Source: a virus (taxonomy: Duplodnaviria > Heunggongvirae > Uroviricota > Caudoviricetes). Taken from it: a DNA stretch of 47,312 bases. Within the stretch, counting starts at the first letter, position 1. Every line of letters starts with the position of its first letter. Of this stretch, positions 42,974-47,312 are shown one piece after another. The notes below the pieces were generated by a model, which was not told the origin of the DNA, did not search any database, and saw nothing but the letters and a program-made list of their open reading frames with translations. The DNA lies in the IMG/VR virus record IMGVR_UViG_3300017971_000186; one strand, written 5' to 3'. Position numbers and translations under genes: made by a program.

Positions 42974-43594
42974 ATGGATTTAAAATATCACCCTGACTTC
43001 TGGGAATTCTATACCCTAAACAGAGAAGAAATTGATTATATTTTAAATTTTCACATTATGAAATTTGTGAAAATTGTTGAACCATGTGAGATGTTTCAAC
43101 ACCTCATTTTAAAACTAGCTGAATCCGAGTTACTTGAACAATATGATCTTTCAAAAGGATGTTATTTAAAAACATATTTTGTACATAAAGTTCAAGGCTA
43201 TGCCCTTCATTACATAAGAACAATATCACGAAGACCTAAATTTTTCCCTATTGATATGTATATCACAATGCGTGAAAATAATAGTGATGGTGAAGAAAGG
43301 AATAATAATAAAACCCTTAAAAATCATATTGATTATACTACCCGGCCTAACTTTAACGAAACAATAGATGATACTTTGATCTCTGATGAAACCATGAAAT
43401 ATCTAAGAAATCAACTCAATGATATAACTTATTTCATTGCATGTCTTTATCTTCTGGATTGTTATTCAATGAAAGAAATTCAAGATACTGCAAAAGTATC
43501 CTACAATACAATCCTCAGAAAAATTACAAAAATTAAACAAATAGTATATAAGTTTTCAAAGTCAAAGGATAATGAATATGCCACATGCAAATAA
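42974..43594 (+). CDS. sigma70-family (ECF-sized) RNA polymerase sigma-factor-like protein
   Basis: Region-2-like EQYDLSKGCYLKTY...ALHYIR; region-4 HTH YSMKEIQDTAKVSYNTI. Confidence 0.65.
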   Translation: MDLKYHPDFWEFYTLNREEIDYILNFHIMKFVKIVEPCEMFQHLILKLAESELLEQYDLSKGCYLKTYFVHKVQGYALHYIRTISRRPKFFPIDMYITMRENNSDGEERNNNKTLKNHIDYTTRPNFNETIDDTLISDETMKYLRNQLNDITYFIACLYLLDCYSMKEIQDTAKVSYNTILRKITKIKQIVYKFSKSKDNEYATCK

Positions 43595-43775
43595 TTATTC
43601 CAAAGACATTATGAATTATTTAAAGTCAAAAGTAGATAGGATAACTTATACTATAGCATCTTTTTATTTTCTGAATAACTATTCATTTAAAGATATTCAA
43701 AACGAATTAAATCTATCCTACAATAAAATCCTTAATAGAATTTTAGTAATAAAGCAGATAGTCAATCAATTTTAA
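43572..43775 (+). CDS. Stand-alone sigma region-4-like HTH protein, paralog of the preceding gene's C-terminus
   Basis: ITYTIASFYFLNNYSFKDIQNELNLSYNKIL vs ITYFIACLYLLDCYSMKEIQDTAKVSYNTIL. Confidence 0.7.
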   Translation: MNMPHANNYSKDIMNYLKSKVDRITYTIASFYFLNNYSFKDIQNELNLSYNKILNRILVIKQIVNQF

Positions 43776-43792
43776 ATTCAAGGAATTGAAAA

Positions 43793-45355
43793 ATGGAAAA
43801 TAAAGAACACATCTTTTCAAATTATATACGTGCCGGTTATACAATTTTGTGGATACAGACCCATGAAGAACATAGGGCGATAAGAACCCTAGCAAATGAA
43901 ATGAACAAACTTGACAAAGGAAATTATAAATTTTATTCTTGGGACAGAGTTGATGGAATCAAACTCCGAGAAATAAATGATAATAATATCCTTTTAGAAA
44001 ATAAATTAGATATAAAAACTAAAACAGATGATCCAATGTTGGCTCTTAATTGGATAAGTTCAGAAGAGGTGGAAGAGAATTCTATCTTTTTTCTATTAGA
44101 TTTCCACCATTATATTAAAAAAGATTTTATTCAACGAAAAATACGAAATATAATTCCAATCTGCAGATCTACCGGTAGAGTTTTGGCTGTTGTTTCTTGC
44201 TGTTCATCAATACCAGATGAATTAAAGAAAGAAATAACTGTAATTGATTTTAAACTTCCAAATACAAATACTTTAAGAAAAGTATGTCAACGAGCTTATG
44301 AAAACGCTAGATCAGTTGAAGATTCCATAGAGTACCCCAAAAACGATACTTCCCTTATTGAAGCAGCCTTAGGAATGACATCTGATGAAGCTGAGAATGC
44401 TTATTCTCTTTCCATTGTTGAAAGAAAATGTCTTGACATTAATGTTATTAATAGAGAAAAAGCCACAGTTGTTAAAAACACAGGGCTCTTAAATGTTATT
44501 AGTGTAACAGAAACTCTTGATGACATTGGTGGACTTGATAACCTTAAAGAATGGCTCCTGGTTAGAAAGAATTGTTTCACTGAGAAAGCCAGAGAATATG
44601 GAATACTTCCTCCCAAAGGTGCCCTATTCGTAGGCCCTCCTGGAACCGGGAAATCTCTTGTTGCAAAAGTTATCGCCAATGTTTGGGAACGACCATTATT
44701 CAGTCTTGATGTAGGTGCACTCTTAGGCAGTCTTGTAGGAGAATCAGAAGAGAAAATAAGAAGATGTCTCAGTATCGTTGATGCAAATGCTCCCTGTGTC
44801 TTACGAATAGATGAAATCGAAAAAGCTTTTCCTAATAATAAAAGTGGGCATGTTCATGAGACTTCTCAAAAAATGCTAGCAACACTTTTAACCTGGATGG
44901 CTGAAAGAACAACTGATGTATTCATTGCAGCTACTTCAAACGATGCAACGAAACTACCTCCTGAACTAATTCGTGGTGGTCGTATGGATGCAATCTTCTG
45001 GGTTGATTTCCCTTATGATAGTGAACGAGAGAAAATTATCTCAATACATTTGGGAAAAATAAATCGTGACCCCAGCAACTTCGACATAAAGCAATTAGTT
45101 AAATCCACTAAAGATTTTAGTGGATCTGAAATTGAAGTTTGGATTAATGATACTCTGAAATTTTCATTCAGCAAAAATCAGGAAATCTCCACTGAAGATC
45201 TTGTTACAAGTGCTAAAGAAGTATCACTTACAGCACAGCTTTATGCCGAGGATATTAAGAAAGGCCGTGAATGGTCTGAAAAACGTAGAGTGAAAAAAGC
45301 TTCAATAGAGATGAAGGCTGAACAGGTAATAGGTAAAAGGAAATTAAACTTATAA
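43793..45355 (+). CDS. Ycf46-type AAA+ ATPase (degenerate N-terminal plus active C-terminal AAA)
   Basis: LLDFH; DDIGGLDNLKEWL; PKG.L..GPPGTGKS; GSLVGESE; IDEIEK; LPPELIRGGRMD. Confidence 0.9.
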   Translation: MENKEHIFSNYIRAGYTILWIQTHEEHRAIRTLANEMNKLDKGNYKFYSWDRVDGIKLREINDNNILLENKLDIKTKTDDPMLALNWISSEEVEENSIFFLLDFHHYIKKDFIQRKIRNIIPICRSTGRVLAVVSCCSSIPDELKKEITVIDFKLPNTNTLRKVCQRAYENARSVEDSIEYPKNDTSLIEAALGMTSDEAENAYSLSIVERKCLDINVINREKATVVKNTGLLNVISVTETLDDIGGLDNLKEWLLVRKNCFTEKAREYGILPPKGALFVGPPGTGKSLVAKVIANVWERPLFSLDVGALLGSLVGESEEKIRRCLSIVDANAPCVLRIDEIEKAFPNNKSGHVHETSQKMLATLLTWMAERTTDVFIAATSNDATKLPPELIRGGRMDAIFWVDFPYDSEREKIISIHLGKINRDPSNFDIKQLVKSTKDFSGSEIEVWINDTLKFSFSKNQEISTEDLVTSAKEVSLTAQLYAEDIKKGREWSEKRRVKKASIEMKAEQVIGKRKLNL

Positions 45356-45362
45356 AAAACAC

Positions 45363-45388
45363 TGTCCCTTTTTCATTAAAGGGACAGC
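45363..45388. terminator. 10-bp hairpin between the AAA and DUF3150-like genes
   Basis: CTGTCCCTTT-TTCATT-AAAGGGACAG. Confidence 0.5.
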
Positions 45389-45413
45389 ACTTATTAATGA
45401 TAGGAAAATAATT

Positions 45414-46421
45414 ATGGATATATTTAAAGATGGTGTTTTAGTTGAAATTAAAGTGCGGTTCTGGACTGGAGCAAAAATCCTGACTGCTCAAGACTTGGGA
45501 TTAGAAAAAGACACTATATCTAATGTTTATCTTCTTGGTAAGAAGATGCTCGTTCCAAAAGAAACCATACATAAATTCAGATCTATTGAAAGTAAAGCTC
45601 GGTTTCTAGTTGAGACGAACAGTTTTAAATTCCCTATAAGTTCAGCACGGTTTGTACCCAAAAAGAAATTTTTAAAAATACTGCAAACTCTTCAGGAATA
45701 TCAGGAGGCATATAATAAATTAATCGATAACCTGATTGTTGATTACGACAAATTACGAAAAGAGATGCTACCTATTTATGAGGAAGCAGCCAAAGCTGCC
45801 TATAACCGACAAACAAAAATAGGTGTTCATGAATTCAGTATTGAAGGTAAAGAAAACGAAGAGGAAGAATTCGTCACAAATTTTCTTGACCGAATAAAAT
45901 CATACTATCCAAGCACAACTTCATTAAGAAATAGGTTCTCTTTAACCTGGAATATATTTGAAATTGCTCTACCGAAAATGAGAAAAGTTTCTGAAGATAA
46001 AATTGCAAAAGAGAATATTGCCTACGATGTTTATCAGAAAGAGGCCCAAGAAAAGATTGGTTCTTTTATCAATGAGGTTGTTACAAATCTTCGTGAACAA
46101 GTAGTAACTCTTTGTGATAAAATCGCCACCAATATGAAATCAGGGAAAATTGTTAAAGGCCCTACTATTAATTCACTTAAAAAATTTATTGATGATTTTT
46201 CAGAACTCAATTTTGTTGGAGATGTGAGCATTGAAAAACAATTGCTTGATTTAAAAAATAATTTTTTGGAGAAACATACTTCTCCCGAAATAATAAAAAG
46301 TGATGATCTTCAGCTAGAATTAAAACGTAAATTAAATTTAATAGTAAAGGAAGCAGGAAATGTCTCTGATATAGATGAAGTAACAGGTCAGTACCGTAGA
46401 AAAATTCAATGGGTAGATTAA
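45414..46421 (+). CDS. DUF3150-like protein (tentative)
   Basis: GVLVEIKVRFWTGAKILTAQDLGL...GKK.LVPKE...F; coiled-coil-rich. Confidence 0.6.
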   Translation: MDIFKDGVLVEIKVRFWTGAKILTAQDLGLEKDTISNVYLLGKKMLVPKETIHKFRSIESKARFLVETNSFKFPISSARFVPKKKFLKILQTLQEYQEAYNKLIDNLIVDYDKLRKEMLPIYEEAAKAAYNRQTKIGVHEFSIEGKENEEEEFVTNFLDRIKSYYPSTTSLRNRFSLTWNIFEIALPKMRKVSEDKIAKENIAYDVYQKEAQEKIGSFINEVVTNLREQVVTLCDKIATNMKSGKIVKGPTINSLKKFIDDFSELNFVGDVSIEKQLLDLKNNFLEKHTSPEIIKSDDLQLELKRKLNLIVKEAGNVSDIDEVTGQYRRKIQWVD

Positions 46422-46466
46422 TCTCATTTCGTAGTAATATTTGCTCTGTATTTAAGGAGGCAAAAA

Positions 46467-46724
46467 TTGGAAATTACTGAAATAAAAGTAACAATGCATA
46501 GAAGCAGAAATGTAAGAGCTTTTGTTGATATTGTTCTTGATGATTGCTTTATTGTCCGAGGATTGAAAATTATTGAAGGAGCGCAAGGGCACTTTGTAGC
46601 AATGCCAAGCAGAAAAACAAAAACTGGTAAAATTGTAGATATGGTACATCCAATACAAAATGAAACCAGAATACTTATTGAAAATGCCGTATTAGATGAA
46701 TACGAAGCGGAGCTAAACAAGTGA
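46467..46724 (+). CDS. spoVG: SpoVG family nucleic-acid-binding protein
   Basis: MEITEIKV...AFVDIVLDDCFIVRGLKIIEG..G.FVAMPSRK...DMVHPI; TTG start after AAGGAGG. Confidence 0.93.
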   Translation: MEITEIKVTMHRSRNVRAFVDIVLDDCFIVRGLKIIEGAQGHFVAMPSRKTKTGKIVDMVHPIQNETRILIENAVLDEYEAELNK

Positions 46725-47312
46725 AAAAGAATCCCTCTCAATGGATAGTAAGCAAATACGGCAAAGAAGAAGAAAATTATTACCTAAAACTTTTAAAAAA
46801 ACATTTCGGTAAAGATAACGTATCAACGTTCGAAGAACATCCAGATGCAATGATAAGTATCATCTGGTCCCGCACATTCGATGAAATATGTGGAAAAAAT
46901 TACCAGAAAAAAAGAATTCCTCAACGAAAACAAAAAGCCATAAAAGAAAAAATCCTACAAAAATTAAGATCTAAATATGGTCGCTGGATAAACTTAACCA
47001 ATATAAAATTCAAAGGTGTAGGGAATGCTTCCTACCAAACTAACTTCAATAGAGTATATAAAATAAAAAATAGCGGGATATTGTATGGGAGCCCGAATAG
47101 GGGCTCCTGTGGGAATATCTTCGTCACCTCACACTGCATTGAGCGACTAGAAGAACGAGTGGATCCAAGGGCATACAGCCCCCTCACAGAGGATTTAAAA
47201 AGGATTTATAAAACTGACCCAACTAGTGCTGATATCCTAGTCGGATTAATCTTAAATAGCAATAAAGAATATGCTATGAAAGATGGTTATTGCTATTTAA
47301 ATATTCGAATGG
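46721..47312 (+). CDS. Hypothetical protein, truncated by the window end
   Basis: Read manually: open from GTG 46721 (GTGA-coupled) to the end of the window; contains FVTSHCIERLEER. Confidence 0.65.
   Translation, partial: MKKNPSQWIVSKYGKEEENYYLKLLKKHFGKDNVSTFEEHPDAMISIIWSRTFDEICGKNYQKKRIPQRKQKAIKEKILQKLRSKYGRWINLTNIKFKGVGNASYQTNFNRVYKIKNSGILYGSPNRGSCGNIFVTSHCIERLEERVDPRAYSPLTEDLKRIYKTDPTSADILVGLILNSNKEYAMKDGYCYLNIRM

Noticed and set aside
364-46741. The many 60-170-aa - strand ORFs in the track (e.g. 8033-8362, 26520-27023, 35104-35439, 44401-44679, 46424-46741) and the + strand ORF 37216-37623
   Set aside because: They lie antisense to well-supported genes, lack SDs and have shadow-like composition.
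47088-47107. GGAGCCC-N6-GGGCTCC hairpin as a terminator
   Set aside because: It lies inside the open reading frame running to the window end and has no U-tract.
1-47312. Alternative genetic code (TAG or TGA recoding, common in some large phages)
   Set aside because: Many genes end in TAG (e.g. 2155, 7750, 15513, 25818, 29891) or TGA with the next gene and its SD immediately following; coding density is already high under code 11.
1-47312. tRNA/rRNA genes
   Set aside because: None of the GC-rich patches gave a cloverleaf with a T-loop (GTTCRA) and acceptor stem; tRNAscan-SE/Aragorn would settle it.

Overview
AT-rich fragment that looks like part of a large (jumbo/huge-type) dsDNA phage genome. 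About 100 tightly packed, mostly short and acidic ORFs lie on the + strand, with a single clear - strand gene, and the genetic code is standard. No structural, terminase, integrase, cas, rRNA or tRNA genes were recognised. Recognisable products are a DUF932/TIGR03299 protein, a GP88-family Cys protein, a beta-clamp-like protein, YodL-like and DUF5983-like proteins, a PAPS-reductase-family protein, an extended SDR and a triple Fis-type HTH protein. There is also a host-type secreted PKD/FGE-sulfatase-domain protein, a HAD 5'-nucleotidase, a motor-only FtsK, a DUF1257/DUF2997/Ycf46-type AAA/DUF3150-like module interrupted by a sigma70-like gene and a stand-alone sigma region-4 paralog, and SpoVG. 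The most striking signals are non-coding. (i) A ~1 kb gene-free region at ~15.5-16.5 kb carries a sharp C-rich to G-rich switch, direct repeats and palindromes (candidate replication origin). (ii) The hexamer GTCTGG occurs about 30 times on the + strand between 3.7 and 15.6 kb, in all reading frames, and becomes densest next to that region; none was seen by eye beyond it. (iii) There are two pairs of dispersed intergenic elements with conserved structure. (iv) A 41-bp repeat array opens the window, 23-bp gene-cassette repeats lie at 12.5-13.2 kb, and a family of sigma70-type promoters shares a GAGATCTC spacer. All family assignments come from motif recognition by eye, not database searches, and counts are manual.
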